A stretch of DNA of 64,000 bases from Candidatus Multivoradales bacterium (GTDB taxonomy: Bacteria; Acidobacteriota; Thermoanaerobaculia; Multivoradales; Multivoraceae), in contig CBDCWI010000002.1 of the NCBI GenBank assembly GCA_965223325.1, positions 3,392,001-3,456,000 on the forward strand. Reading direction: 5' to 3'. Positions 39,828 to 49,747 of this stretch are shown piece by piece (the stretch's first letter is position 1; every line of letters begins with the position of its first letter). The notes beneath the pieces were generated by a model. It worked only from the letters and a program-made list of their open reading frames with translations. It ran no database searches and had not been told where the DNA came from. A program made the position numbers and the translations under genes.

Positions 39828-40610
39828 ATGGAATTGAATTCGGACATCACGGCAGTCGTCACCGGCGGCGCATCAGGGCTCGGCTTCGCGACTTCTCGCA
39901 AGCTGGCGGCCGCGGGAGTCAAGATCGGCATCTTCGACATCAACGAAGAGCTCGGCACGAAAGTGGCCAAAGAGAACGACTGGACGTTCGCCAAGGTCGA
40001 CGTGACCTCAGAGGAGCAGGTCGACGCCGGCTTCGAAGCAGTGCGTGCCGCAAACGGCCAGGAGCGCATCCTGATCAACTGTGCCGGCATTGGAGCCGCA
40101 GTCAAGACCGCGTCGCGCGACAAGGAGACCGGCGAGATTCGACACTTTCCGCTCGACCGCTTCGATCTCGTCATTCAGATCAACCTGGTCGGCTCCTTCC
40201 GCTGCATCGCCAAGTCGGCGGCCGGCATGATGACTCTCGATCCGCTCGAGTGCGGCGACCGCGGCGCGATCGTCAATACCGCCTCGGTTGCTGCAGAAGA
40301 CGGCCAGATCGGTCAAGCCGCCTACTCGGCCTCGAAGGGCGGCATCGTCGGAATGACCCTGCCCGTCGCCCGTGACCTGGCGCGCGAGTTCATACGCGTC
40401 AACACCATTCTGCCCGGCATCTTCGACACCCCGCTCCTGCAGGGCGCTCCCGAGAAGGTCAAGCAGGCGCTCGCAGCTCAGGTACCCAACCCGGCGCGTC
40501 TTGGCAACCCCGAAGAGTACGCCTCGCTAGCGGTCGAGATGTGCCGCAACGGCTACTTCAACGGCGAGGACGTTCGGCTCGACGGCGCGATTCGCATGGC
40601 ACCGCGCTAG
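39828..40610 (+). CDS. SDR oxidoreductase, 3-hydroxyacyl-CoA dehydrogenase type 2 (HSD10-like)
   Basis: TGGASGLG, NCAGI, NTASVAA.DGQIGQAAYSASKGG, RLDGAIRM. Confidence 0.92.
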   Translation: MELNSDITAVVTGGASGLGFATSRKLAAAGVKIGIFDINEELGTKVAKENDWTFAKVDVTSEEQVDAGFEAVRAANGQERILINCAGIGAAVKTASRDKETGEIRHFPLDRFDLVIQINLVGSFRCIAKSAAGMMTLDPLECGDRGAIVNTASVAAEDGQIGQAAYSASKGGIVGMTLPVARDLAREFIRVNTILPGIFDTPLLQGAPEKVKQALAAQVPNPARLGNPEEYASLAVEMCRNGYFNGEDVRLDGAIRMAPR

Positions 40611-40613
40611 AAA

Positions 40614-40646
40614 GCCGGGCAAGCGCCGGGCGAATGCCGGGCGAAT
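40614..40646. repeat. Short 11-bp tandem repeat (3 copies)
   Basis: GCCGGGCAAGC GCCGGGCGAAT GCCGGGCGAAT between convergent genes. Confidence 0.5.
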
Positions 40647-40683
40647 GACTGGGGTGATTCTGGGATTCCTCGTCGGGGATTCC

Positions 40684-42153
40684 CTAGTTGTCGGGCGAGT
40701 CGAGATAGCCGAGGGCCTCGAGGCGTTCTTTGTCCATGGAGTCGAGGACGTTCTCGCCACCTTCTACTCGCTTTTCCATTGCTTTGGCGACGGCGGCTTC
40801 GAAGCGGCCGATCATCGCCTGCGTCTGTTCACGGTCGGCGTTGGCAATGTTCTCGCGCTCTCCGGGGTCCTCTTTGAGATCGTAGAGTTCGACCGCGCCC
40901 CTTCGGAACTGGTAGCTCGAAGCATTGACGATCAGCTTCTTGTCGCCCTCGACGAGAGCCCGGCAGTCACAGCGCTTTCTAGCGGTCCCGTGGTGCAAAC
41001 GCGTACCCTCACCTGGCTCCTCCCAGGCAGCGTCACCTCCTGAAGAGAGGAGCGGCGTGAGGCTTCTACCATCGAGATCGGGCGGCACCTCGAGCCCAGC
41101 CAGTTCTACGATGGTGGGCATCAGATCCTGCAACATCACCGTCGCGCCGACCGTTCTCGCCTCACGTTGGCTGGGAAGCTTGACGATCAGAGGAACCCGC
41201 ACGATCTCCTCGTACACCGTGTAGCCGTGGCTGAAACCGCCATGGTCAAACAGCTCCTCGCCGTGATCCGAGGTCAGAATGATCAACGAGTCGTCGTAAA
41301 GATCGGACGCACGGAGCAGGTCGAGCATCTCGCCGACCTGGTCGGTGGTGTAGCGGATCGCAGTGTCGTACTGATCGAAGAGGCTCTTCAGGTACCTGGG
41401 CGAGACGTGTGAGCGCTGCTGGAGTCGACCGGCCAGCACCTTGCCCATGACATCACCGTAGTAGACAAACGTTCTATCCGGTGGATGCCCCAGAAGTGCC
41501 GATTGGTGTTCTTTGGGCACCCGGTACGGCCCGTGAACATTCATCGGGTGCAGATAGGTCAGATACCGCCCTTCGCCATTCATCCTCTCCACCCAGCTCG
41601 AGAACTTCTCGAGCATCTGGTCGATCCCCGGATAGGCCAGCACCTCGGCCCCCTCGGCCTCGGGTTGATGCCAGACTCTGAAGCCGCGATCGAACCCGAG
41701 TTCCCGCGAGACGTTGATGTTGGCGCTGTCGCCGTAGGCGTCGTAACCCGCGTCGCTCAGGTACTGCACAAAGGTCCAGGCGTCTTCTGGCAGCGCGTCT
41801 CCCGCGCCCCGCAGTTGATGGCGCGCCGGGTCGAGCCCGGTGAACAGGCTCGCTGCACTCGGCGTCGTCCAGTTCGCCGGCGCGTAGGCGTTCTGAAACA
41901 AGGTCGCCTGGCGGGCGAACGATTCCAGCGCCGGTGAGGTGTCGCGTGGGTAGCCGTACTGGCTGAGGTGATCGGCACGAAGGGTGTCGACGACGATCAA
42001 TACGACGTTCGGCGCTACTGTTGGCGACGGCTCATCGGCCGCGGTGGTCAGCTCGGAAACGTCGGGCGGGGCGCAAGCGAGGGTCCCGAAGAGAAGAACC
42101 AGAACCGCGACCAACCAACAGAGGGGAGTCCATCTCTCGAGCAGAATCGCCAT
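40684..42153 (-). CDS. Sulfatase-like hydrolase (lipoprotein)
   Basis: DTLRADHL, WTTPSAASLFTG, H.PY, SDHGE, HG, VPLI, ELYDL..DPGE, LEALGY; lipobox TLAC. Confidence 0.85.
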   Translation of the reverse strand: MAILLERWTPLCWLVAVLVLLFGTLACAPPDVSELTTAADEPSPTVAPNVVLIVVDTLRADHLSQYGYPRDTSPALESFARQATLFQNAYAPANWTTPSAASLFTGLDPARHQLRGAGDALPEDAWTFVQYLSDAGYDAYGDSANINVSRELGFDRGFRVWHQPEAEGAEVLAYPGIDQMLEKFSSWVERMNGEGRYLTYLHPMNVHGPYRVPKEHQSALLGHPPDRTFVYYGDVMGKVLAGRLQQRSHVSPRYLKSLFDQYDTAIRYTTDQVGEMLDLLRASDLYDDSLIILTSDHGEELFDHGGFSHGYTVYEEIVRVPLIVKLPSQREARTVGATVMLQDLMPTIVELAGLEVPPDLDGRSLTPLLSSGGDAAWEEPGEGTRLHHGTARKRCDCRALVEGDKKLIVNASSYQFRRGAVELYDLKEDPGERENIANADREQTQAMIGRFEAAVAKAMEKRVEGGENVLDSMDKERLEALGYLDSPDN

Positions 42154-42232
42154 GGCTGCGAATTCTACACTTTCCCTAGATAGCTAGCAGAGCCGCCTGC
42201 TCGGGGTGCGCCGCGATGGGTTGCAGCCCTGA

Positions 42233-43291
42233 TCACTCCAGAAGAGTGGTGTCCTCATTGACGGCGACCCAGCTGTACCAGAAGGTATCGAAGCCAACGA
42301 GCGGAGTGAATCCGGAATCACCCGCTTGCGCCAGCGCGACCAAAGCGGTCGTTGCGGGGGCGGGTTCTCCCTCGGGAGGGACGGCGCCTTCGACGACCCA
42401 TGCCTCGGTCGACGCGAACTGCGAAGCACCCTCCGGCCTGAAGATCAGCACGACGCCAGCATCGGTTCTGAACACGCGCCCACCTTCGACGGTCACCTGA
42501 GCCACCGCAAACGGCTCCTCGTCGAGGCGAAAGCTGAAGATGGGGTCTTTGGGTCGCAGTCGCTGGTCGTTGACTTCGAGGTCGCGGAACGTGTCGTCAC
42601 TTTCGAAGTAACCCTCGTATGGGTTGCGCTCGACGTGCTCGCGGCCGGCAATCGAAAGGACCTCTGTGCCCGGATGTTCAGCCACCCAATCGCGCCACTG
42701 CACTTTCTTGCCAATCGGCAGCTCGACCAGGTCGGAGCCTTCGAGACTGCCGCCGATCGAATCTGAGGTCATGATCGACCACCAACTGTCGGTCTGGCGA
42801 TCGCGCATCACCAGGCTGGCGTCGAGCAAGGCACCCGAGGCTTCGAACTCCAGGGTCTCACCAGCGATTTCGCGGTCGTACACGACGGCCGTATTGGCAA
42901 GCGGTCACCACACGGCGGCAAACGTTTTCTCACCAATCGAGTCGTTGACCACTTCGTGGTGGTTGAGCAGGTTGAGGCTGTAGGCCTTGGCCACGCCGTC
43001 TGCGAAGACTCCCAGGACCCAGGCGTCGGCCGCGATGTCAGCTTCCGGTGCGGCGACGAACTGTGGCTCGAAGATCGCTGGAATCCCACCGCGCTCGAGA
43101 ATCTGCTCGACGCCAGCGGGAGGCCCGTCGCTCTGCGCGATGAGCGCGACGGGTAGCAGGGTCACCAGGGTGACTCCGATCGCGAAGCGGCTGAGAGGTG
43201 TGTGGAGCAGAAGTCCTCCGAAGGCCAGACTGATAGGGGTAGCGGTTTCAGCGTTATCTACGATGCCTGCGCGCCGGCGGTTTGCCGCCAC
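42233..43291 (-). CDS. DUF3179 domain protein, probable selenoprotein (start uncertain)
   Basis: Track ORFs 42905-43291 and 42233-42883 are in frame. TGA 42907-42905 reads HEVVND...AVW-U-PLANTAVVYDR (family motif W/Y-C-P-L-C), then SG.L...LVM.DRQT.SWW and FWYSW. Confidence 0.8.
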
Positions 43292-43316
43292 CCGATCGTC
43301 GCCCGGGGCCTGCCGT

Positions 43317-44459
43317 TCAGGCGAACTTTCGGTCGAGCCAGTCGATCGCCACCCGGTTGAACTCCTCGGGCTTTTCCTGCTGGGTCCAATGGCCGCAGTC
43401 CATCACGCGATGGCTCTCGAAGTCGTCGATGAAGGCCCCCATCGCCTCGCCACCCTCGGGCGGCAGGACGACATCGTTCTCGGCGCCGACATAGAGACAG
43501 GGAACCTCGATGTCCCAGTTCACTTCACTCATGTCGGACTCGACCTGGTAGGCAGCCCGGTACCAGTTGAGTCCACCTGTGAAGCCGGTTTCCTCGAAAG
43601 TGTCAACGAAGTACTGCACCGCATCCTCGGTGAGCACCGGCTCTCCTTGGAACTCGCCCCTCTCGATCAACCCCAGCAGGTCGAGCCGGCGCTCGAGCGA
43701 GTCTTCCGGAAGCGCGGCGAATTCTTCGACGTCCCAGATGCCGCCCTTGCGCAGCATGAAGTCGAAGGCACGCCGAACATCGGCCTCGAGGACCGCCTCG
43801 GCAGCGCCGGGCTCTTGAAAGGTTCTGACGTAGTAGCGGTCCGACTGCACGATGAGGCTGTTGCCACCTTCACGCGGATGCTCTGGGTGAGAGGTTGGCG
43901 TGTTGACCCCGATTACCCCGGCGACACGATCCGGGTGTACGCGCGGCATCATCCACACCACCCCACCACCCCAGTCGTGCCCGCAGAAGACCGCCTGATC
44001 GATCTCGAGCGCATCGAGCATCCCTGCCATGTCGTCACATAGGTGGCGCAGCGTGTAGTTCTCGATTCCCTCGGGACGATCGGTAAGTCCGTAGCCACGC
44101 TGGTCTGGCGCAATGGCGTGGTACCCAGCTGCACTGAACGCACGGATCTGGTGGCGCCAGGAGTAGGCCAGCTCGGGGAAGCCGTGACAAAACACCACCG
44201 GTAGACCGTCGCCCTGTTGGTACAGGCCCATGCGAATGCCATTGGTAGAGATGAAGGTGGGCGACGGCAGACCAGGGGCAGGCCTGACTCCCTCCGGCAC
44301 CGGCTCGGCCGTGCTGGTTGCCACTACGTCCTGGGCTTCGGGCGAACACGCCAGCGAACCAAGCCCAACGGGCACAAGGGCAGAAGCGGCAGCCGTTTTC
44401 CAGATCAGCTGACGACGCGTGAGATCGGTCTTCAAGAGGTGCCGGGGCATGGGTTTCAT
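43317..44459 (-). CDS. Epoxide hydrolase-like alpha/beta hydrolase with Tat-lipoprotein signal
   Basis: HGFPE..YSWRHQ, PDQRGYG, GHDWGG, LNWYR, GHWTQQE; N-terminus TRRQLI...LAC. Confidence 0.88.
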   Translation of the reverse strand: MKPMPRHLLKTDLTRRQLIWKTAAASALVPVGLGSLACSPEAQDVVATSTAEPVPEGVRPAPGLPSPTFISTNGIRMGLYQQGDGLPVVFCHGFPELAYSWRHQIRAFSAAGYHAIAPDQRGYGLTDRPEGIENYTLRHLCDDMAGMLDALEIDQAVFCGHDWGGGVVWMMPRVHPDRVAGVIGVNTPTSHPEHPREGGNSLIVQSDRYYVRTFQEPGAAEAVLEADVRRAFDFMLRKGGIWDVEEFAALPEDSLERRLDLLGLIERGEFQGEPVLTEDAVQYFVDTFEETGFTGGLNWYRAAYQVESDMSEVNWDIEVPCLYVGAENDVVLPPEGGEAMGAFIDDFESHRVMDCGHWTQQEKPEEFNRVAIDWLDRKFA

Positions 44460-44476
44460 TTCCTTCTCCTCACCAT

Positions 44477-45871
44477 TCATGGGGTTGAGTTCGAACCGAT
44501 GGCGAAGAGATGCTCGCGCCCACGGATGTAAAGCACTCCGTCGACCAGAGCGGGACTGGCCATGACGGTTTCGCCGAGCTCGTTGGTCGCGACAACTTGG
44601 GGTTCTGGCGCAATCGTGAGCACCGTCGTATCGCCGTCTTCGCTGGTGAAGTACAGGTGCTCCGAACTCGCCACCGGCGACGCTGTGAAGCCGGTCTTGC
44701 CGCCTCCGAGCCGTTGCTGCGACTTGCGCTCGCCGTCTTCGAGCGCGTAGACCGAGAGCACTCCGTTGTCGAGGCAGAAGAAGCCGAGGTCACCAAACAG
44801 GAGCGGGGTCTGCATATAGGTACCTGCCCGCTCCTGGTGCCGGAGCATCGCTTCGCTCTCGGTGGAGAGAGTCCCAGCGGCCGACGTACTGACCGCGTAG
44901 ATCGGACGCTCGGCGCCGTGAGCGCTGGTGATGATCACCGCTCCCTGGCTCTCGGAGTAGAGCGGCGTGGGCACCGGGATGTCTCCTCCACCTTCGAGCC
45001 GCCACAGCTCTTTGCCGGTCTCGAGGTCGTAGCCGCCGATGTGCTTCCAACCGTTGACAACCACCTGTTGCTTCTCCTCTTCGCCGCCTGTCCACGGCAT
45101 GACGGCGGGAGTGCTCCAGGTAGGCACCTCGTCGCGTGCAGTGCGCCAGAGCGTCTCGCCAGTCGCAGCGTCGAGCGCTGCTACGAACGAGTCACCCTGT
45201 GTATCGACCTGGAGGATGACACGGCCGTCATGAAGGATCGGCGAGCTCGCAAAGCCCCACTGGGCGGTCGGCGCCCTGAAGAAACCAGAGTCGAGCACTC
45301 CGAAGTCGCGACTCCAGAGGTGCTCTCCTGCGTGGCTGTAGGCATGCAGTCCCTCTGAACCGAAGAATGCCACCACGCGTTCTTCGTCGACGGCAGGAGT
45401 CGAATTGGCGTGCGTCGCTTTGGTGTGGCGTTTGATGGCCGCCTCTCCTTCATGAGCCACCTTCTGCCACAAGAGCTCGCCAGTGCCACGATCGAGCGCG
45501 ATCACCAACCAGCGCTGCGCTCCCTCTCCGGTCACCGGCGCAATGTCGCCATAGAGCCCCAACTTGAGCTCCTGAGGGGCGCCATCGACAGGCACGGCGG
45601 TGGTGAGAAAGATGCGATCTCCGGCGACGACCGGGCTAGCGTGGCCGAGGCCTGGGATCTGTGCCTTCCACAGGACATGGTCACCCGTTTCACCGTTCCA
45701 GGTGGTCACTGTCTCGCCAGTTCCAATGCCCTGGGAGTCGGGACCTCGAAACGACGGCCAGGCGATCGAATCGCTCTCTGCAACGGCTGTTTGGCCGTAG
45801 AACGCGCCGATCACGAGCGTCACCGCAGCCGCGGCCAGGGCGACTGCTTTCCTCAAGTGCACCTTCTTCAT
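44477..45871 (-). CDS. PQQ-binding-like beta-propeller protein (BamB-like)
   Basis: WPSFRGP, G.ASPVV and repeated ALD..TG..LW motifs; GGAGG RBS. Confidence 0.85.
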   Translation of the reverse strand: MKKVHLRKAVALAAAAVTLVIGAFYGQTAVAESDSIAWPSFRGPDSQGIGTGETVTTWNGETGDHVLWKAQIPGLGHASPVVAGDRIFLTTAVPVDGAPQELKLGLYGDIAPVTGEGAQRWLVIALDRGTGELLWQKVAHEGEAAIKRHTKATHANSTPAVDEERVVAFFGSEGLHAYSHAGEHLWSRDFGVLDSGFFRAPTAQWGFASSPILHDGRVILQVDTQGDSFVAALDAATGETLWRTARDEVPTWSTPAVMPWTGGEEEKQQVVVNGWKHIGGYDLETGKELWRLEGGGDIPVPTPLYSESQGAVIITSAHGAERPIYAVSTSAAGTLSTESEAMLRHQERAGTYMQTPLLFGDLGFFCLDNGVLSVYALEDGERKSQQRLGGGKTGFTASPVASSEHLYFTSEDGDTTVLTIAPEPQVVATNELGETVMASPALVDGVLYIRGREHLFAIGSNSTP

Positions 45872-45902
45872 GCGAGCCTCCTTCCGCGCGCGAGAACAAT
45901 TC

Positions 45903-46700
45903 TTAGTTGAGAATGCCGACATCGGTCGTCGAGGCGTTGGCATGGAGGCGACGCGGAATGCGGCCGGCGTGAGCCGCCAACCAGCCGGCCTCGACTGCCA
46001 GCTTCATCGCCAATGCCATGCGCACGGAATCGTCGGCGCCCGCGACCGCGGTGTTCATGAGCACCGCATCGGCGCCGAGCTCCATCGCGCGCGCCGAGTC
46101 ACTGGCGGTGCCAACTCCGGCGTCGACGATCACCGGCACGTTGGCCGACTCGACGATGATGCGCAGGTTGGCGGGGTTGCGAATGCCCAGGCCCGAACCA
46201 ATCGGCGCCCCCAGGGGCATGACCGCGGCGGCTCCAAGGTCTTCGAGCTTGCGACAGATGACGGGGTCGTCGATGGTATAAGGCAGAACGGTAAACCCCT
46301 CCTTGACCAGAACCTCGGTCGCCTTGAGAAGCTCTTCACCGTCCGGGAAGAGGGTCCTCTGATCGCCGATCACTTCGAGCTTCACCCAGTCCCAGCCGCC
46401 GAGCTCGCGCGCCAGCCGGGCGGTTCGCACCGCCTCGTCGGCGGTGTAGCAACCAGCGGTGTTGGGTAGCAGGAGGTAGCGGTCGAGATCGATCTGCTGA
46501 ATGAGGTTCTCCTCGCCTTCCGCGTCGAGGTTCACCCGCCGGAGCGCCACGGTGATGATCTCCGTACCCGACACCTCAAAAGCCCGTTTCATGGTCGTGG
46601 CATCTTCGTACTTTCCTGTCCCGAGGATGAGACGGGACGAGAAGGAGCGGCCTGCTATCTCGAGCGGCGCCACCTGGGTCGAGTTGGTCACGGTAGGCAA
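45903..46700 (-). CDS. thiG: Thiazole synthase
   Basis: [43 protein letters not shown]. Confidence 0.96.
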   Translation of the reverse strand: MPTVTNSTQVAPLEIAGRSFSSRLILGTGKYEDATTMKRAFEVSGTEIITVALRRVNLDAEGEENLIQQIDLDRYLLLPNTAGCYTADEAVRTARLARELGGWDWVKLEVIGDQRTLFPDGEELLKATEVLVKEGFTVLPYTIDDPVICRKLEDLGAAAVMPLGAPIGSGLGIRNPANLRIIVESANVPVIVDAGVGTASDSARAMELGADAVLMNTAVAGADDSVRMALAMKLAVEAGWLAAHAGRIPRRLHANASTTDVGILN

Positions 46701-46797
46701 GAATCCTTTCTCTCGCGCAGCATGTTCGGGGCTTCAGCCTGCAAGCTACCGCATTCGACCGGTGAACGACGGTACCCTTCTGTCTGGAAACCCTTTG

Positions 46798-47490
46798 ATG
46801 ACTCTCAATCCTTGGTTGCTACCGGCCGCTCTGTTGATCGCCCTTCCTGGAGTCGAGCCACCCCCGCTCCTCGAAGAGGCGACACGGGTGCTGGTGGTCG
46901 TCGAGAGCCCGGACGACCCTCGTATTGAGCTGGTGCAGGAAGCCCATATCTTCTGGCAGGAGACCTTTTCGAGTCTCGCACTCGAGAGCAGGTTTCTCGC
47001 GGTAGAGGTCTTCTCACGAGAGGAGGGCTCAGATCGTGAAGGCAACCAAGATCTCCTGCGCACGCTCGAGAACTACGCCCACGAGCTCTCGCAGGCAGCA
47101 GGACGGCTGCCGCCTGGCACGCCGGGGCCACCGACTCCGGAGGCGCTCCAGACACTGCCGTCCGACCTCGTCGTGCTGCTCTCCGACACCGATCTCATGC
47201 CCTTCGCCTGGCCCTTCACGACAGCTACCGTGGGAGGTCGGAGCGACGATGCTGCACCTGATGTGGGAACACGCTTCCTGGTCGCCATTCCCGCTCGTGG
47301 CAACCAGTCCGACGCCGCGCTGCGCAACGTGATTGCCCACGAGCTCGGTCACACGCTCGGCCTCCAGCACTCGAGCGACCCTCATGTTCTGATGTGCATG
47401 CCTTGCCCGCGCCTCGAAGGCAGTGCGCCGCGCGCCTTTCTGCCTCTCTCCGAGGCCGACCGCAAGCGCCTGCGAGCCCTCGACGACTGA
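46798..47490 (+). CDS. Matrixin/metzincin-like Zn metalloprotease domain protein
   Basis: HELGHTLGLQH followed by a Met-turn (VLM) and LS..D; hydrophobic N-terminus. Confidence 0.7.
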   Translation: MTLNPWLLPAALLIALPGVEPPPLLEEATRVLVVVESPDDPRIELVQEAHIFWQETFSSLALESRFLAVEVFSREEGSDREGNQDLLRTLENYAHELSQAAGRLPPGTPGPPTPEALQTLPSDLVVLLSDTDLMPFAWPFTTATVGGRSDDAAPDVGTRFLVAIPARGNQSDAALRNVIAHELGHTLGLQHSSDPHVLMCMPCPRLEGSAPRAFLPLSEADRKRLRALDD

Positions 47491-47503
47491 CCACTAGGGG
47501 GTA

Positions 47504-48199
47504 CTACCCCTTCGCGCTGCGCACGGGAACGTAGTACTCCGTCCCCCGGATCGGCCGGCGTAGCTGCGCGATCAGCTCCTCGAAGTCTTCGGGTCTGTTT
47601 TCGAAGTCGAGATGCCGCGTGTCGACAACCAGGAGCGGTGACTGCGTGTAGTGGTAGTAGTAGTGGTTGTAGGCATCAATGAGCTGGGCGATGTAGTCAT
47701 CGGAGATTTCGCGCTCGAAGGACCGAGAACGCTTGCCGATGCGGGCCATACAGGTCTCGGTATCAGCCGCCAGGTAGAGCACCAGGTCTGGGTTGGGGAC
47801 CTGCGGCTCCAGCATCGTGAACATCTTGTCGAACAGCGCCAGCTCGTCGTCGCCGAGGTTCATGTACGCGAAGACGCGGTTCTTGGGGAAGGTGTAGTCG
47901 GCGATCAGGAGCTTTTGGAACAGCCCCGGCTGCACGATGTCGAGCTGCTGCTTGTAGCGCGTTAGCAGGAAATAGAGCTCCGTCTGGAACGCCGTCCCGG
48001 GAATGTCCTTGTAGAACGCGTCGAGGAACGGGTTCTCCGCGTCTTCGAGCACCTTGACGCCTTCGAAGCGCCGGCTCAGCATCTCCACCAGCGTGGTCTT
48101 GCCAACACCGATCGGGCCGTCGACCGCGAGGTAGTGGAAGGGAAGCTGTGCTTCGGACAAAAGAGGGGGGATCTCCGCGAAGAAGACGTGACTATACAC
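47504..48199 (-). CDS. Deoxynucleoside kinase family protein
   Basis: DGPIGVGKTT, ENPFL..FY, PDLVLYL, RI.KR.R.FE. Confidence 0.9.
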   Translation of the reverse strand: MYSHVFFAEIPPLLSEAQLPFHYLAVDGPIGVGKTTLVEMLSRRFEGVKVLEDAENPFLDAFYKDIPGTAFQTELYFLLTRYKQQLDIVQPGLFQKLLIADYTFPKNRVFAYMNLGDDELALFDKMFTMLEPQVPNPDLVLYLAADTETCMARIGKRSRSFEREISDDYIAQLIDAYNHYYYHYTQSPLLVVDTRHLDFENRPEDFEELIAQLRRPIRGTEYYVPVRSAKG

Positions 48200-48334
48200 C
48201 TCACCTTACCCTCCGATCGGCGGTCGGTGCACAAGAACACCGCCTCCACCGAGCGACTGCCAGAGGCCGGTGATACCCTCGATTTTCGGCGCCCGAAGCG
48301 TTCTTGAAAGTAGAGAAAGACCCAGCAAAACAAG

Positions 48335-49747
48335 ATGTCGAACTCATCCGGGAACGACGCCGCCACCGGTCCATGGTGGCGCCGTCCAAGCGCAGCAGAA
48401 GACAAAGACCGGTCGAAGAAGCCCGAACAAACGCCGGGGGAGGGCGCGACCGAAGAACCGCTCCACCTGCCAACCGCCCAGGAGCTGACGGGTGGCGAAG
48501 CGCAAGAGTCGTTAGGCGGTCACGCGCCAGCGCCGCCGCGCGAGGAACCGGCCGGGCCTCAGAAAGCCGAATCACGGTCAGGGCTGGGCTGGAGCTTCGC
48601 GGAATCGAAACCGGACGAGGGCACCTCGGACAGCCGGCCGCCGGAGACGAAGAGCGGCCGGCGCAGAATCAAACGTCGTTCGCGGCCAAAGTCGCCCGAG
48701 GCCAAGGTTAGAAGCACGTCGCGCCGTGGCGAGAAAGCGCCGGAGCGCGACGAGAAGCGTCGTGCTGGATCGGCCCCTGCAGAGAACGAGCGGTCCTCAC
48801 GCAACCGTCGACCTCAACGAGGTTCCCAAAGCCGCGACCGAGGGAGCACCGGCTCGAAGCGCGGTTCAGGGCACTCCAGGTCGCGGTCATCAAGTCCGAA
48901 GCGTTCGCGTTCCGGGCGACGAGGCCGCCAGCCGGCGCCGCGGGCCGAACCCGGGCCAGCGCCCGTGAGCTCCCTCGACGTGCTTTCGCTGGTCGACGAG
49001 GTCGATCCAATCGAGCTCGATGGTCCGACCACCAAGCAGGAAGAGGAAGCGCGAGCGAGCGAGCCGCGCCGAGGTCGACGCGATGCCGAACGCCCGGAAC
49101 GTCGGCCGCGTCGCCGAGCCCGTCGACCTCGCCGTGAGCCCGAGCGAGGCGATCGCGAAGAACGGCCACGCCGCACGAAACGCCAGCCGCGCGCGCCGAG
49201 AGCCCGCCGCCAGCCGAGGTCTACGGGGGTCGATCAAGCGCCGACCGGAGGGCCGCAACAGGGCGAGGCGGCAGCGCCGGCCAAAGAGGCAGCGCGCCAG
49301 AAGCCTCGTCCGGGTTCACTGCTCCTCTTCTGCGACGCCAGCCTGCTCGACCCTCACCACGGTGAAGACGGGGCCCCACCCATCGACAAGGTGCTCGCCG
49401 AAGCCGGCGACCGCGGTGACCTGGTAGGCGGCTACCTCTACGGCGACTGGCGCCGCGAGCGCAAGCTCCGCGATCGCCTCGCCGCGAGCGCGAGCCCGTT
49501 GGAGCTGGTCGAAATCGACAGCCGCGACGGAACGGGCGCCTGTCGCCTGGCCGTCGACGCCATGGAAGCCAGCCTCGGGGGCAGCTCCGCCGAGGGCTTC
49601 GTACTGGTGATTTCAGATCCCTGGCTCACCCCCCTGGTTCACAAGCTCCAGGACCGAGGGCACAAGGTCCTGGTTTGCGCACCGCCGCGTTCGCCACTGC
49701 ATCAAGCAGCCGACGCGTCCCTCTCCTGGGGAAGGGCACCGACCTAG
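48335..49747 (+). CDS. Protein with long Arg-rich disordered region and C-terminal NYN/LabA-like domain
   Basis: C-terminal YGDW, LAVDAM, FVLVISD...PLV.KL...G.KV and ADA motifs of NYN domains. Confidence 0.6.
   Translation: MSNSSGNDAATGPWWRRPSAAEDKDRSKKPEQTPGEGATEEPLHLPTAQELTGGEAQESLGGHAPAPPREEPAGPQKAESRSGLGWSFAESKPDEGTSDSRPPETKSGRRRIKRRSRPKSPEAKVRSTSRRGEKAPERDEKRRAGSAPAENERSSRNRRPQRGSQSRDRGSTGSKRGSGHSRSRSSSPKRSRSGRRGRQPAPRAEPGPAPVSSLDVLSLVDEVDPIELDGPTTKQEEEARASEPRRGRRDAERPERRPRRRARRPRREPERGDREERPRRTKRQPRAPRARRQPRSTGVDQAPTGGPQQGEAAAPAKEAARQKPRPGSLLLFCDASLLDPHHGEDGAPPIDKVLAEAGDRGDLVGGYLYGDWRRERKLRDRLAASASPLELVEIDSRDGTGACRLAVDAMEASLGGSSAEGFVLVISDPWLTPLVHKLQDRGHKVLVCAPPRSPLHQAADASLSWGRAPT

Noticed and set aside
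46700-46800. TPP riboswitch upstream of thiG
   Set aside because: The short divergent intergenic region lacks the CTGAGA and ACCTG...GCGxAGG core motifs.
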